Shown here piece after piece: positions 1-15,011 of a stretch of DNA of 64,000 nucleotides. The notes beneath the pieces are model-generated. The model was not told where the DNA came from. It saw only the letters and a list, made by a program, of their open reading frames with translations, and made no database searches. Each line of letters begins with the position of its first letter. The first letter of the stretch is position 1. The translations under genes were made by a program, and so were the position numbers. Source of the DNA: Chrysomallon squamiferum (Eukaryota; Animalia; Mollusca); NCBI GenBank assembly GCA_012295275.1, contig CM022673.1, positions 17,794,001 to 17,858,000 on the forward strand. The letters are read 5' to 3'.

Positions 1-2477
1 TCTCTCTCATTAGATAACTCAGTTTGCGGGCTTTGTTCTCGGGTCTCTCTAAGTACAAAGTAGACCCAAATTAGCCAGGTATTTTTCAGGTGAAACGAGA
101 AAAGAAAAAGAAAAGAAACGTAACAAAACGGCAATACGGTTAAGAGACAAAAGCAAGACACAGCATAGCAAGGGTATGAAGTGACGCAGGATTGTTTGAG
201 TGGGTAGGTTTACAAGATGGATTATAAGATAGGCTGGTAGCATTACAAGATAGTTTGGTAGGGTTAATGGTAAGCATGGTAAGTTATTAAAATTGTTGGG
301 GTAGGTTGGGTAGTAAGATGATAAAAGTATAGGAATGGAAAGAATGAAAGATTGTAACACATTAGAACTGTGAGGAATGTAAGAGAACTACTATTCGTTC
401 CTGCTGAAGAAAAGGTAAAAAGAACAAGAAACAACAAAAATTAACTTTCGGCTACAACAAATAAAATAACAGTCTTTGTGCAACTTAAAAACAGTAGCAA
501 GAAAACAAAAACAACTACTAAAATTCTTAACATAGATTATTTGCATATAGATATCAAAGTCTAAAATTCTTCTGCATTTTGTTTTCGTTTTGTCAGTTAT
601 TGACTCCCGAGTATTTTATGTATACACACATTTAAATACTCTTTAACATATGAAGTTATTTAACACATTAGTTCAGTACACAAACTTAAATACTCTTTAA
701 TATATTAAATTATTTAACACATTAATTCACTGACATTTACAACTCTTGAAGCATGATATAAACACATATATAATTCATAATCTATACCATACACAAACGT
801 AGTTAACACATTTACTCTGCCGCATATGATTGATAGGCGAGAAGTAATTAACAGTGACCACTGGTCAGAGATCAATTATTTTATCAATATCCATAACCAT
901 GTTATTTTATATATATATATATACCTCATACTTACCTGTGAAAACTGGGTCAGTGGTAATTGTCGGATTTTTAACACCATGGAATTATCTTTGTCAAGAG
1001 ACAGAGGATGGTAGATCTCTTACAGAGAAATACGTTCTGGAAACAAAGTCTTTTCTTAAGTTATCGGATTTCAGAAGGATTCACCAACACCATAATAATA
1101 GATGCTGGAAACTAGTGAAATATCTAAATTAAAATCACACACATACACGCACACACACACCAACATACACACATACACATACATTTATACTAAACACGAT
1201 TACAATGACACTGAAATCTGGCGCTTTCAAAATTTTATTTCAACAAAAATCTCTTTTTTAAAAAAGCATTCACTATTATTTTCTTACTGATTGTTAAAAA
1301 ACTTCAGTTTTTATTACTAATTGTTTTCGTTTATTAATTTTAAACTGAGTTGACTTTTCTGATTTCATTAGATTTACTCCTGAAAATAAAATTAAAGATT
1401 ATTTTATAAAAATATAAAAATGAACTTTTTATTTGCTTTTTTTTTTTTTTTTTTTCCCCTAGATTTTTAAATGAAAATCAAAATAAGAAAACCGAGAAAT
1501 AGATCAAAGTGAAAAAAAAGTACACATTTCCGTGTATAAAAATATTAAAGACACAAAGAGAAGTTTATCGAGTTAAACATAGCTGACAATTTTCGATTAC
1601 TTCACTTGAGAAAGGTGTCATACCTCATTGTGTATCTGGCCTTAAATACGAATTATATATAATTTTCGTGGTTTATTCCTATGGACGTGTTGTCAGTCAA
1701 GTCTAAACACTGTCATGCGCGGCTTCCAATAACAAGCTTAGTGTTCGATCTCTCTAACTCTTGCTGCACGAGCTTTTATCTCGACTTAATGAAAGAATCC
1801 CCAGAGTTAGAGAAATATTTCGACACTTTTTTTTTCTAATTCTACTGTCCTGTGAACTAGCCTCGTGTTGTTGTATCGACCTCAGACAGTCGTGGGCCTG
1901 ACAGTCAGAAAGAGCTTTCGCCGCGGATCACCAAACAGGCCGCGGTACATCATCTTTTAAATTCTTTTCACAACTGACAAAGATTTTTCGAATCGTAAAC
2001 TCCGTCGTTAAATATAAACAGGAACGATTTGTAGGCTCAGGATAATCCTTTACCTCCCATTTTCGAGCTGCAAAATGCTTTTCGAATCCCTTTGACAAAT
2101 TTACAAAGTCTGCTAATCCTCCACATGTCAACACGACCACCCCACGCCGTTCTCCTCGCTTGTTGACAGTGCTCAGGTAAATAGTATTTGTGGAAACGCG
2201 AAGACGGTCCAGACGGTTGCGAAATGGCGCGAAGTTTGCCCACGTCGTCTGCGCGGCAAAGTTATTAAAGACGCCAAACAAGATTCCGCTAAAATTGCTA
2301 CAAAGTATATATTTGTTTCAAAAAATAGGAAGCACCCCAGAGTCGTCATTTTGTTTGTGTTCGCATCTCGGAAGACGGTCTCTCATAACAGTTTATTTAT
2401 TGTCGCTTTATGTATCGTCATTCGAGGAATTCTTCTGCCTTCTCATAGTCTTTTTTTTTTTTTTCTTTCTTTCTTTC

Positions 2478-2513
<36 letters not shown>

Positions 2514-2910
2514 TTTTTGGCTCTTTCTCTTTACATTTGAAGTGAGTTGGTGAAGAATCAGAACTGGAACACAAGCCGAAGCCAGCCTGTCGTAAAGTGC
2601 AAGTTTAAAAGTTGAAACTGAAAGTTAAAACTGAAACAAGAGAACAGTTTTACGTCGTTTTTACATTTGTCAGATTTGTTACAGTATTTAAAAACAAAAT
2701 TATACCTCTTTTTAATAAATTGTAAAAAAAATTAACAGATGAAGGATATGAGGAAAAATACAATACGATAATTTCTTATTTTTGCTGAAAACACTAGTCT
2801 GTTTCTGTAATCAATTATTATTTTCGGGATGGTGACATTCGATTAATTTTTCTTTGTTTTATCTTATTTATTAACATTACAATTTCGTTTTTGTTTCTGT
2901 CATCTTGTAC

Positions 2911-3012
<102 letters not shown>

Positions 3013-4514
3013 ACTGCTTTCCTTCCTTCCTTTAACTTCATTCTTCCTTTTTTCTATCGCCCTCATTTTTTTCTCTTTTGTTTTTTTTCCAATTCTGACT
3101 TCCCTGTCAACGCTGGTAACTGTTTTAAGTCAGTGGGTAATCTATAGGCAGCAAACAATTTGTTTCGTGAGGCATCTAACAAGGCGAGCTGTAACTGCCC
3201 AATAAAACAAATCTCTACACGCCACATGCAATATTTGTACACTGTTTGGTGACGACTTTGTTCTCGTAAATACTGTACAGCTCATTGTTAACCAAAGTGT
3301 TTATAACAGTTTACAGAGTGCCACACACACGAAGGAAACAAAAGTAGAAAAACAGCACGTAATGAAAAAATTAAAAATGATAGATTGCAAGAATGAATGA
3401 ATAAAGATAGAAAGCTAGAAAAAAATTAAAAAAAAAAAAAACAACCTAATTATAAAATGAGAATGCATAAAAGAATGAATAAGAAAATAAAGAAAGACTG
3501 AAATGTTGAGAATCTCAGATATAATGAAGGAAAGAATAAAGAAACAACCATGAATTAATGAAAGAATAAAGACAGGAAAAGAAAGAAAAGTAAAGGGGAA
3601 AAAATCCACTACAACTAAAGAACAGAAGATGAAATAAAGAAATGTCGAAGAAAAGATAAAACATTTATTACTGTCAATGGACGAAAATTGTGGGAACGAG
3701 AACAAATAAATTCAGGTAAAAAGATGTAAAGGACAAAACTTGAAGTGTTAATGGAAAGCTAATGCGGGTAGGGGGAGTGTACTGAAGTGTTTGTTCGGAC
3801 TGGAAAGAAGTACGAATTCACACTTCAACTTTAGATAATGGACGCAGGAAAGAATGGACGAGAGTTGTCTCCACTCCCACCTTTCTCCTCCAGCAAGTGT
3901 CCGTCTTTTGTCTTCCTTTTCCACCTTTCATTCATCCTTTTGCTTTTCTTCCAGGCTTTTTATTTTTTAATTTTGTTCTTATTTTCTCCTCTTTATTCTA
4001 CCTGTATTACTTCTTTCATTCATTCATATATATATATATTTTTTTTTTTTTAAACTTTAATTTTACACTTTTTTAAAATGAATTTTTTATTTATTTCCCT
4101 TTTTCTTTTCTTTTTCCTCTCATTTCTTTCTTTCGTTATCACCTGTCATTTTTGTTTTCCCACTGGTTTTTTTTGTTTGTTTGCTTGCTTGGTTGTTTTC
4201 GCTCTTACTCTCTGCTGTCGAAGGTAGAAGAATGTGACAGAGCAATGAGACATGACTTTGTTTCAGGCTGACATTGAATTTATTTAATTTGCTGTGTTAA
4301 TCGCGACCACCGAGTCCCAAACGGCGAGTTTTTACAACATCGATCCATTGACTCTGTCACAACTTGTTGGCGATCTTACAATCCTCAGCGAGCGGGAACA
4401 TCTTGCACTGCCGTGTTGTTGTCACCACTTGGAATTTAGACCACGTTACCTCGACATGAGTGAAAGAAAAACAAAATTAGGGAGGGACAAACAGAGAAAG
4501 AGATACAGAGAGAG

Positions 4515-4517
<3 letters not shown>

Positions 4518-4604
<87 letters not shown>
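4518..4604. repeat. (AG)n microsatellite
   Basis: Direct observation. Confidence 0.98.
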
Positions 4605-4606
<2 letters not shown>

Positions 4607-5139
4607 TTCAACTTTAAATATAAAAATTATTTAAAATTAGGTTTAGCTCAGTCACAAGTAAATGAGAAATTTATAATAGTTTTGAAACATCATTATTTAA
4701 CAAATATTTAAGGTTACTTATATAATTGTATATATATTTATATTTATATCTATATATAGAGTTTTTCTTTATGCTAGTGCTAAATCCCTTTCTCCTTTTT
4801 GTATCCTTATTTCTTCCTCGCTCATACATTTTTCTGTTTCTTTCTTTTTTTCATAATATGTATTTGTTTCTTTTATTAACCTTTAAATTTGTCTTTTCTT
4901 TCGCTTTTTTTTATAGAATAATCGTATTGATTATAATAAATTTATTTACTTTATTTGTAATATTGTTCAGAACACAAAGAGAATTTGTTCACGAAATGGG
5001 CAACATAAATTAAAAATATTAATTTTAAGCCTTGCAGCTTTTTAACCAAATCCCGCTAACAGGCTGCCAGAGAGATTCAGTTAAACTAAAGCTGTAGACC
5101 ATAAAGCAGGATTAAGGGTTTAGAAAATATTATACTCTA

Positions 5140-5720
5140 TCACGTGTGGGGAAAAGGTGAATGTCGAAAGCGCTGACATTTTTATGAGATAAATACCCAT
5201 CAAATTAGTGCGTGATTTACCTGCGCGAGACCATCCACGAGAACTCTTGTTGTCCTCTAGGGGGCGCCACGCGTCTTCTTTCTATTGCCGTTTGCTCTTT
5301 TGATCTCTTTGACAAGGCAAAAATATAGAACACGAAGTCTTTGTAGCTGAAATCGTTTCAATAAGCCGTTGTTAACTTATTAAGAAACTGAAAATTCTTT
5401 ATCGATAAAGTTTTTGTTCTTTTATCAAAAGCATCTATTATGGCCGCGAAGGATCCATTAGCGCGGGAAACGGCGCAATTTACCTAACCTCACGCACGCA
5501 CGCGCTCGCGCGTACTAGTTGCCGCCATTTCAAACAGTAATTGAGCCTTATAGAATTGCGCATTGGTTCTTCATCTTGCATTGCTTATCTACCAATATCT
5601 TTGTTTGCACTTAATTATCGCACTGAAAAAGCACCTGACAACGTGAACTAGTGGCCATTGTCGTGTTTATTCTCTCCCTTTGTTGGAAAGTAAAAATGGT
5701 CGGACAAGGCGACGTGTGTC
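5140..5720. promoter_or_regulatory. CpG-rich promoter-like region
   Basis: Dense CpG (e.g. cacgcacgcacgcgctcgcgcg), a YY1/Pho motif GCCGCCATTT at 5521-5530, the CTCF-like site at 5251, and CCAAT/ATTGG boxes near 5563 and 5592. Confidence 0.45.
5251..5269 (+). promoter_or_regulatory. CTCF-like motif TGTCCTCTAGGGGGCGCCA
   Basis: One mismatch to the CTCF core CCASYAGRKGGCRS, in a CpG-rich patch. Confidence 0.55.
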
Positions 5721-8348
5721 ACAACGTCAGTCAGGTAAAGCTATCGCTTCTTTCACAACAAACACTCCACCTCCAGTAGCCAAACACTGCAGTGTAAAGT
5801 CGTGCATTGAATAGCGCGTGCTACTGCACGTACGTGTGCCGCTTGTTTCTTCATTTCTACGACGGCTTTGGGAAAACCATTGCCTTTGACATGAAGACAA
5901 TAACTGGATGGAGTTCGTTCTTACGACAAACAGAACAACCGTTCCTTGCTTTGTGTCAGCCATATTGCTTTATTCTTCCTTGGATCACAAAACCGACGTG
6001 CTTACCTGACAGCTAGTGAGGTGAACTTGTTTTTCTCTTTTTAGTGAGAGGACCTTTAATTTTACAGTCAAAGAACATTATTGAATACTCGCTATCTACT
6101 TCTAACGGATTGCTTTTCTTATTATCTAGCTCTCACTGGAGAAGCGAAGCTTATCAAGCTACAAAATCATGTATATTTCCACAATATTTCCTACTGTTAG
6201 TTAATGCTTAAAAGTCTCTTAGTGAGGGAAGGTGAACTTGCTGCCTCTTAATGTCACGGTGAAGCGGTAGTAGATTATCAAGCTACAAAATCACATGATT
6301 CACACGTGACAATTATCATAATAAAAATGTCAATAAATCAACACTATTTTGTCTGAAGAAAGATTTGCATGTATTATCTCCATAGTTAATATTCACTTTA
6401 TAGCAGATACTATAGACTCGTATACTTATGAGCAGCGCATACTCTGTCAAATGTCGAACTAAATGTAAAAAAAATAAAATGAAACAAAACTGAATTAAGA
6501 ACAATTGAATTTGTTGTATGTAAACGTCAACACGGAAACACAAAACACACACACACCTGATGAAGGGGAAAAAATCTCGAAAGAACTGAACATTTTAAAA
6601 GTGTTTTTGATCGGAATATATAAAAACCAAAGAAAAGAAAGAAGAGCTCAATAGTTATGACATTTATTTACTTAATTTAATAAAGTTAGAAAACCTTAGC
6701 TAAAGATGAGATTTCAGTATTAGTAAAAGGATTATAGGATAATAATTTGTATCGATATTATTGATTATAGCTCAATGAGAGAAGGAACTTCAAACATTTT
6801 ATATCATCCAGTTTTTGTCTTTAATGTTTTGAAATTAACTACTGTACTCTCGCCGTTTATTTTTTAACATATTTATTCTATCACCATCTGTTTTAACTCT
6901 GTAGTTAAACTCTTCTTATTATGTTAAATAACACAAACTCATGCGTCCCTTTTCTGAAATTTTAAATCTGAAAATGTATTTCTATATCGCAGTACTATGA
7001 CAGAAACCAAAACTAGAACTAAAACAAATTTAACTGAAGATTACGTCTTTAACAAACTTCTTAACAACAGAATGCTAATGTGTAAAGAAATAAATAAACA
7101 AGTATCGACTATTTTGCAAAATGAAATAGAAGAACCATACATAAAAACTGAGTTCATAGCATTAATAATACTTTTAATTATTCTTGCTGTTCAAAGATTT
7201 TTAGAAAAAGGGTCGTTTTAGGGGTTAAACTTTCAAAATGAAATCTTTTCATACCAGATAATTCTAAAAAAAAAAAGTTTGTTAAAAACTGTGTTCGCTT
7301 ACCAAGTGCAACTATTTTCTTCTAGACATGTAAGTAAAGGGAAAAGGAAATATGATAAATCAAAGATAAAAGTAGCTAAATACTGGTTTTTGTAAAAATG
7401 GGTTCAAAATGTTTGAAACTTTGACGGTTTTAAAACATCTCTTTTAGAAGGTTTTCTCTTTTTTGCATGAAATGATCAGATAAAAATCTTGTTGGGGCAT
7501 GTTCAATCTAAAATAGCCGGACTGCACCTCGTAGCACGAAATCCTTCCGCCAAAACTAATGGTTTTGCGAAAGGACACAATGAGACTAGCGAAACGGTGA
7601 AATTATTTAATTTCTAATTCCCCTTTAGTGAAAAACACTCACTCTTCTTCTTCTTAGCTTTTTTTTTTTTTTTTTTTTTTAATTTCAGTCTCTCTTATCA
7701 CAAAACTGTCTCTTCAATTTGCCGGTCTTAACTTTTAACGGACTTCGTTTTTTAGCCGTTCGATTTGCTGGCCTACTTAAAGAGGTTTTTGACGGACATG
7801 AAGAGTTGTACTTGCCCGTGCTGTAAACCAGAAATTATTTCGGTTTCTGATGAACGTTTACCCAGAGATGGAAATACAAATAGCCCCGTACGCTTCCTGT
7901 GGAGTCTTTATGCCTAAGTCTCGCAGAACAATCACACTCGTGAGAAACGACAGTTGCTTAAACACGATGGCAAATGCACGCCGAGCCCATAGACTGGTTC
8001 TAGGCGTGCGAGCGCACACAGCGGCGCCGGCAATCGATACCAGTTCCAAGTAGCGGCATGCGGACTTCGCAATTGAACAAAACTGCAAATAGTTTTGTTT
8101 TCACCAAGCTTACCGTATCTAATTTCACATTATTAAGTGGACAGAAAATGCTGGTAAAAAGAGATCTTTTATTGTTTTTATTTTTATGTTTTATCAGCAA
8201 ACGCATTAGCAAATACCGAAAATATTCTACGTATTTGTGACGACACGAAACAATCGCTTTTAACTTTTTATCTCTTTATTTTTCATTTTCTTTTCACCAC
8301 CGTCATGGATCTTCTTCTCTTCTTTATTATTATTATTATTATTATTAT

Positions 8349-8381
<33 letters not shown>

Positions 8382-9238
8382 CTTTATTTTCATTCTTTCA
8401 GCTTTTTTCCATATCTTCCTTTTTCCAGTCTCCCAAATTCAAAGACGTCTGTTAAGTAGGATATCGAGTGGAGAAGAAACGGGTATGAAATACTGTGCTG
8501 GAGGAATCTCAGCATTGTGTAATGCTGTGTGTAGATTATTTTCTTCTTTATTTAATATAAATTTAACATAATTAGACATTAAAAGTAAATTGCTGTATTT
8601 TACTTTCTTTTCTTCTCTTTATCGTTGATTCTGTATTTCGATTTAACTTATTTGTTTGATTCTCCTTTCTGTCTTCTTAAATCTATGTGTCCCTTCGTCT
8701 GTCTACCTGTTTGCCTGCCTGCCACATTTTCTGCATATCTATCTTATATATATATATATATATGTGAATGTTTTTCCTTGACTGTTTTTATATTATTCAA
8801 GTTGTCAGTTAAGAAATGTTTATTCCAACATATTTCATTTGGAAGATATCAAAAACGTTTGTGTGGTATAAATTGGTTTCAACAATTTCATATCAATACA
8901 TCTACGTACTGTGTACATATACGTTTAGAGAATTATATGTATACCTTTTTTCTAAACAGTAAAACAACAGAATAATAAGAACGAACAAAATGTTAAACTG
9001 CAAAAGCCTAATAAAGTATTAGTAACCAAAATATCATTTTGTTTATATGTATAAATGAAGCAATGAGATCAATAATAAATTAAGAATATTTATCCTTATG
9101 TATTTAACTTTAATATTTTTATTTATTTATGTTTTTATTTATTTATTTATCATCATTATCATCATTTATGTATTTATTTATTTATGTTTTTATTTTATTA
9201 ATGTGTTGTTATTGTTCTTGTTGTTATTTATTTATTTA

Positions 9239-9285
<47 letters not shown>

Positions 9286-9807
9286 GTTGTTGTTATTATT
9301 TTGTTGTTGTTGTTGTTTTTTTTTTCTGGAGGGGGTTGTTTGTTTAGCTCCATCGCTGGTTTGCAGTTACGAAAGATAATAAACAAAAATATAGAATATT
9401 GATTTTATTAACAATGAAAACCGTTCCTAGCAATTAATAAATCATTTATTAGTTGTCGTACAAAAACATGGCTGCTTGGTGAACGTTTTGCTTTATGCTT
9501 AACTAGAGCATGACGGACGAGATGTGTATGACGTTTCGTGTGCCTCCGTGAATACGTAAATACACGATGAACTCACACAAGTACTCTGGAGATAGCATTC
9601 GTACATGTTCATCGATGCATGAAAACTAATAAATGTCCGTTTCTCTCTCTCGATGTCTTTTTTTTTTTTTTTTTTTTTGATACTCTTTCTGTTGTGTTCT
9701 CTCTATGTGTCTCTTTCACTTTCACACACACTCTTTCTTTCTTTCTCTCTATCCATATCGCTCTTTCTCTTTCAGTTTGTATCGGTCACTCTCACTGGCT
9801 CTCTCTC

Positions 9808-9848
9808 TTTCTTCTTCTTCTTCTTCTTCTTCTTCTTCTTCTTCTTCT
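9808..9848. repeat. (TTC)n microsatellite
   Basis: Direct observation. Confidence 0.95.
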
Positions 9849-10897
9849 GCTTGCCCATCTCAGTGGTTTGATGATAACATCACCATCTCAGACAAAAACC
9901 CTGACAAACAAAACATGAAAACGCAGCCCTACGTCTGAGTCTAGATCTTAACTGTCCGTGTATCGAGTTTCCAGCTCAGTCGGAGCATCTGCAGTTGTTC
10001 ACATGAAGAACTCGCCAATAACGAAACTGGACAAATATTCCGTGACCAACTTCACATTTCCACCAATTTAACCCCAACTCCAAACTCATCAATGAGACGC
10101 GCCTTGCTTGTTATCTGTCCGATTTGTTTGTGTGTTGACGCAGGCCAAATTCTCTGTGTGTATTCGGTTCCAGTTTCCATGCGATTTGTCCCCGCTGTCC
10201 AAATATTACAAAACCCTGAAACCAACTTTAAGCCGAGTTTGTCTCTTTCTCTCACTCTGCAATTCTTTGCTGATGTCGTAAAACAGTTCTATTTCTTGCC
10301 GCTACAAAAAAAAAAAAAAAAAAAAAAAAAATGTTTTGCCAAAGATGTAAAAGTAATGTTGAGATAGAAAAAGACAGATGGATACATAAACAAAACCCTA
10401 CATAAAGAAATAGACAAATTAGATGGACATGTGTATGTATAAATGTGTGTGTGTGTGTACAAACAGAAAGAGAGAAAAATACATTTTTTATAGGTACGTA
10501 CGTACACACATGTATACACACATATATACATATATAACTAGATCGATAGAAAGCTAGGTAGGTAGGCAGCGAGATAGAAAAATAGATTATATAGATAGGC
10601 AAGTAGATAGAGATAGAGGCAAATTGGCATAGATATAGAGAGACAGGTAGACACACACAGACAGATATATGACAGTAGAGACAAAGATAGAGACATATAT
10701 GTAAAATCCGAGAAAGATAAAGTAGAAAAATATGTTTTAAAATTATTTTTCATTTAATTTCAAGCATTCAATAATTTCCTTTACAAAGAACGTCTGCAAA
10801 TAACTCATCAGCGAAATATCAGATAATACGTTATTTGCAATAACGTGTTGCTATTTTATTTCAGGTAAATAAAACTAATAAAAAGAAAAGAAAAAAG

Positions 10898-10899
<2 letters not shown>

Positions 10900-10954
<55 letters not shown>
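10900..10954. repeat. (AG)n microsatellite
   Basis: Direct observation. Confidence 0.97.
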
Positions 10955-10957
<3 letters not shown>

Positions 10958-12859
10958 ATGAAAGACAAAACAACAAAAATGTCCACTTTTAACCTTGTTA
11001 TATTTCCTGCACAAATCAAGATGACATTTTCAACAGATATCGCCAAACCTGTCAACCAGAAGGTTAGAAATTCCCTAGATAATTACCTGCTAAATGTTGA
11101 GCAAAACTTGCAGAGTTTCGAACTAATGCTCACTAACAATTTTAACTTTTTAGCACCTGTCTGTAATAAAAACAAAAAGGTTTGACTCTCACCAAGAATC
11201 GCTGCCTTCGTCAAATTCGTTTATCGAACTCGCTTGTCGCTACATACCACACATTTTCGCACTATTACGTCAACCGGTAACAGGCCGTCCTGCGTAATGT
11301 CCCAGAGAATCGGTGCTTCCTGAAACATACTGTCTTTGTAATGACAGCAATTTAACATTTTTGTATTTTTTTCTTAAACTCGACGTTACTGTACCAGTAA
11401 CATTTTTGTTATTTTGGGTTTTTTTTTTTACTATAATTAAAGCTATCTTAAAGAAACATGAAACTGCCATGCAATTTAGTCGATATTTAACATTTAATTT
11501 TAAAATTAATAATTTAATATTAATTGCTAGTCTTTTTAAACAAAATGTCATCAATAAATAACGGAGACGTGTTATCTGAGAACACATTCACCTCGGATAC
11601 ACTGACACTAAAAGCCTTGAAATTATTTACATCAGCCGATAGCTGGAGCGGATCTCAGAACATTGGTCTTACTTAGTTGTTTTATCTATCAAGATTTTAT
11701 TTTATTTTATTTTAATTTTTATTTGAACGTATTTAGACGTCTGTTTATTGTTTTGCAACTTCATTTATTCATATTTTTATTTTTATTTTTATTTTTATAT
11801 TTTTTATTTATATATGAATAAACACGCAAAAATGCCTGAAACAATGTTTCGTATTACCTGTAACTTGGATAACTGTGTGTAAAGAAAAAATATTTTTTAA
11901 TTATACATATTCCTAAGGTTATAAGTTTTATATCCAAAATAATACTTTCTGATTACTCAATCCAAAACCAGTGTCACGTGACTTGTGACCCCAACGTGTC
12001 AACAAGCAGACGTCAAGCACTCCTCGAAGCAGACGATTTCCTCATAAACTGTCTTGACCCGGAACTGTTTCTCTCGTTGTATGCAAAGGTCAAGTAGTTT
12101 GCATTGTGAATGAATATTTATTTTTCTTAAGGCTGTGTTATTCAAGGGTGCAATATGGAAGAGCTAAAAATAACGATTAAAAGATTAACTGAATGTCGCT
12201 AAATTTTGCTTCTGCCCCAGTGAGACAGAGGCAGTCGTTGGCTTTAAGAGCACCTGAGTAGCAGGTACTGGATTTCTACCCAGAATTAATCGTGATGACC
12301 TCATTTGTTTCTAACCCTATGGGTTTCCTCTTTATTTTAAGACGTGTTATTATCGTTAGTAATTTGCAATGATAAATAACGTATATGTTAAACTAGGATA
12401 AGTTTAAACTACGATAATATCAGTTATATAAAGAAAGCCTGGCAAGCTGTATACAACATTAATTAATGTTCCTGGGCGTGCTCATTATTCAGCGAGCGTC
12501 ACAACGGCCTGCTCTGCTGATTAACGTTAATGTCTTCATTCACTCACTCGTTACACTATTTCCAGGTTAAGTTAGATTTCTGGACAATTCTGTCAAAGTT
12601 TACATTGTCTTGTTTATGTGATGCTGATGGTGGGGTTCTTTCTGACTGCGTTATTTCCAAAACTTCAGCTTAGATATCTCTTATAATCGTTAATCTACAC
12701 AATCGTGTCTGAATCTTATTTAAAATATTTGTACAAAATTTGCCACCAAAAGCAGTTCGCCTGTTTTTGAATTTAATGAATGATAAAATATTCCACTTCA
12801 TTTTCTATACGAAAAATGGTAGAAATGAAATATAAATATTATTTTTATTATTCCTACTA

Positions 12860-12860
<1 letters not shown>

Positions 12861-12917
<57 letters not shown>
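12861..12917. repeat. (ATT)n microsatellite
   Basis: Direct observation. Confidence 0.97.
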
Positions 12918-13537
12918 TAAATAAAAGCTTTACAGAGCAAGAATTCGTTTCCCTAAAAGCATAATGTTAGGAGGCATTTAAAAAAAAAAAATAAGAAAAT
13001 AAAAATTCATTTATTTAATTTTTCTGAAGAAAAAAGAGACATGAAGGAGAAGCAGTGACTAACGCTGCTGAAAGTGGAGTTAACACAGACAATTACGTTC
13101 ATTACACACGAACGAAAACACTGTCATCACTCGCCTTGTAGGACAACGTTCTGCGCGCAGGGGTGACTCGGAAGACACGTAACTCGTCCCAGAAGGCTGT
13201 GCGCGAGGTAAAATTTCACGCAGAAGTTAGTTGACTGACAAAACTAATCAATCAAATTTCATGTTGTTTGTATTTCGTTAACACTTTTTTGTATACATTT
13301 GTGTGTTGTTCTGTGTTGTGTGTGTGTGGTTTTATTTTGTGGTTTGGGGTTTTTTTGGGGGTCTTTGGTTGTTTGTTTTCTTTTCGTTTGTTGTATTTTT
13401 GTTGCTTTTTGTTGCTTTTTCTTTTCTTTATTATTCTGATAACATCATAAATTAATATGTTTCAGTTAAATTTACAAATTTATATCAGTTATTATAAACA
13501 TTTTTTTTTCTATTTTTATTATTATTATTGTTATTAT

Positions 13538-13575
<38 letters not shown>

Positions 13576-13909
13576 CTATTTTATATATGCATTTTAAATG
13601 CATTTTATATATTTCTAATCGATTATTTTGTTACTTGTCATAGTCCATTTGTAATAATAAAGTGTGATTAATATTCTGTAGAAACTATGAAAGCCGCCGT
13701 CTTACCTTCGTGCCTATGAGTTCGTACTGTCACATTACAGAATGTTCTGATAATAATATTCTGCTAACGTGAAATGAACTTACACTGATTAAACAGAAAT
13801 AATATACTTCAGAAAATAAACACTCCAACCAAATATAAATCTTATATTAGAAAACTGTGAATCTCGTATATGCGACATATCAACTTGAATTTAATAACAG
13901 GTAATAGAA

Positions 13910-13963
<54 letters not shown>

Positions 13964-14087
13964 GATAACAATAATATTAATACCAGTAATAATTATCATC
14001 ATCATCATCATTGTTATTATTAATATAATTATAATAATGATGATGATGATGATGATGATGATGATAATAATTATAATTATAATTATA

Positions 14088-14136
<49 letters not shown>
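13910..14136. repeat. Compound (AAT)n/(CAT)n/(GAT)n/(ATT)n microsatellite, partly self-inverted
   Basis: Direct observation. The AAT block at the left and the ATT block at the right are mutually complementary. Confidence 0.93.
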
Positions 14137-14961
14137 AATACTGAAAGCATTATAAAGTTTATTTCACGGAGACAGATACAATTTTGCCCTTTTGGAAAAC
14201 TCTGACTACTATAGCACAGCTAGATAATCATCAAAACTTGAATTCAGATTTTAATATTATCCTAGCAATAAAAACAACAACAAAAACCACCCTCCATGGC
14301 CACTCTAATATGCACGAATGGAAATGCTAACGAGTGTCATCTACATATAACAGTATTTGTCAGAACAACTTAATAAAAAGTCAGTTTCAAAGCTGAATCC
14401 GGTTACGATCGCGTTTGCACTGCACGACTCTTATATTACGTAGTCTAACTAGGCGGGTAATTAAATGACGTCAGAGCGTAGTAGTCATTAGACCAGTCAC
14501 GTGTTTGTCTTTTTGTTAATTAAATATGTGAATACACTGCTGAACATATAACAACAATGTGCTGTTAATACTGCTGAATATGTTACAGCAGCGTGTCAGG
14601 TATTCACCAGTTATTTCTGAACGTTGTACCTAATGACGTAGGCAGTGATTAAACTGTTTTACTGGAATTTAATTATGATGTATTTCTTCTAAATTATTTA
14701 GTAGTATATATACTGTGCTAACATTAATTTATTAATGTTGTTATTGTATTTTTCTTTCATTTATCAACTATAAAATAGATGTTTCTCTTAATTAACTGAC
14801 GTTTTGTTATTCTGTTAAATGTTTTAACTGAAGTTTTGTATCTGTCCTTTACTTCATAGTTCTTCTTCTTCTTCTTCTTCTTCTTATTATTGTTGTTATT
14901 GTTGTTGCTGTTGTTGTCGTTGATGATGATGTTGTTGTTATTAATGTTGTTATTGTTGTTG

Positions 14962-15011
<50 letters not shown>

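Noticed and set aside
1740-1827. Inverted repeat TCTCTAACTCT...AGAGTTAGAGA as a pre-miRNA
   Set aside because: Only an 11-bp core stem with a ~40-nt loop, which does not fit pre-miRNA geometry.
1928-2281. 117-aa minus-strand ORF in a CpG-rich region
   Set aside because: Non-ATG start, no recognisable domain, and its length is explained by local GC richness. A homology search would be needed to fully exclude it.
6116-6135. Partial miR-9-like string TTATCTAGCT
   Set aside because: The seed (TCTTTGG) is absent, so this is a chance 10-mer.
6010-6295. Short diverged direct duplications (also 631-724, 44168-44242, 49985-50060, 58731-58788)
   Set aside because: Ordinary local slippage duplications with no terminal repeats, target-site duplications or coding capacity evident.
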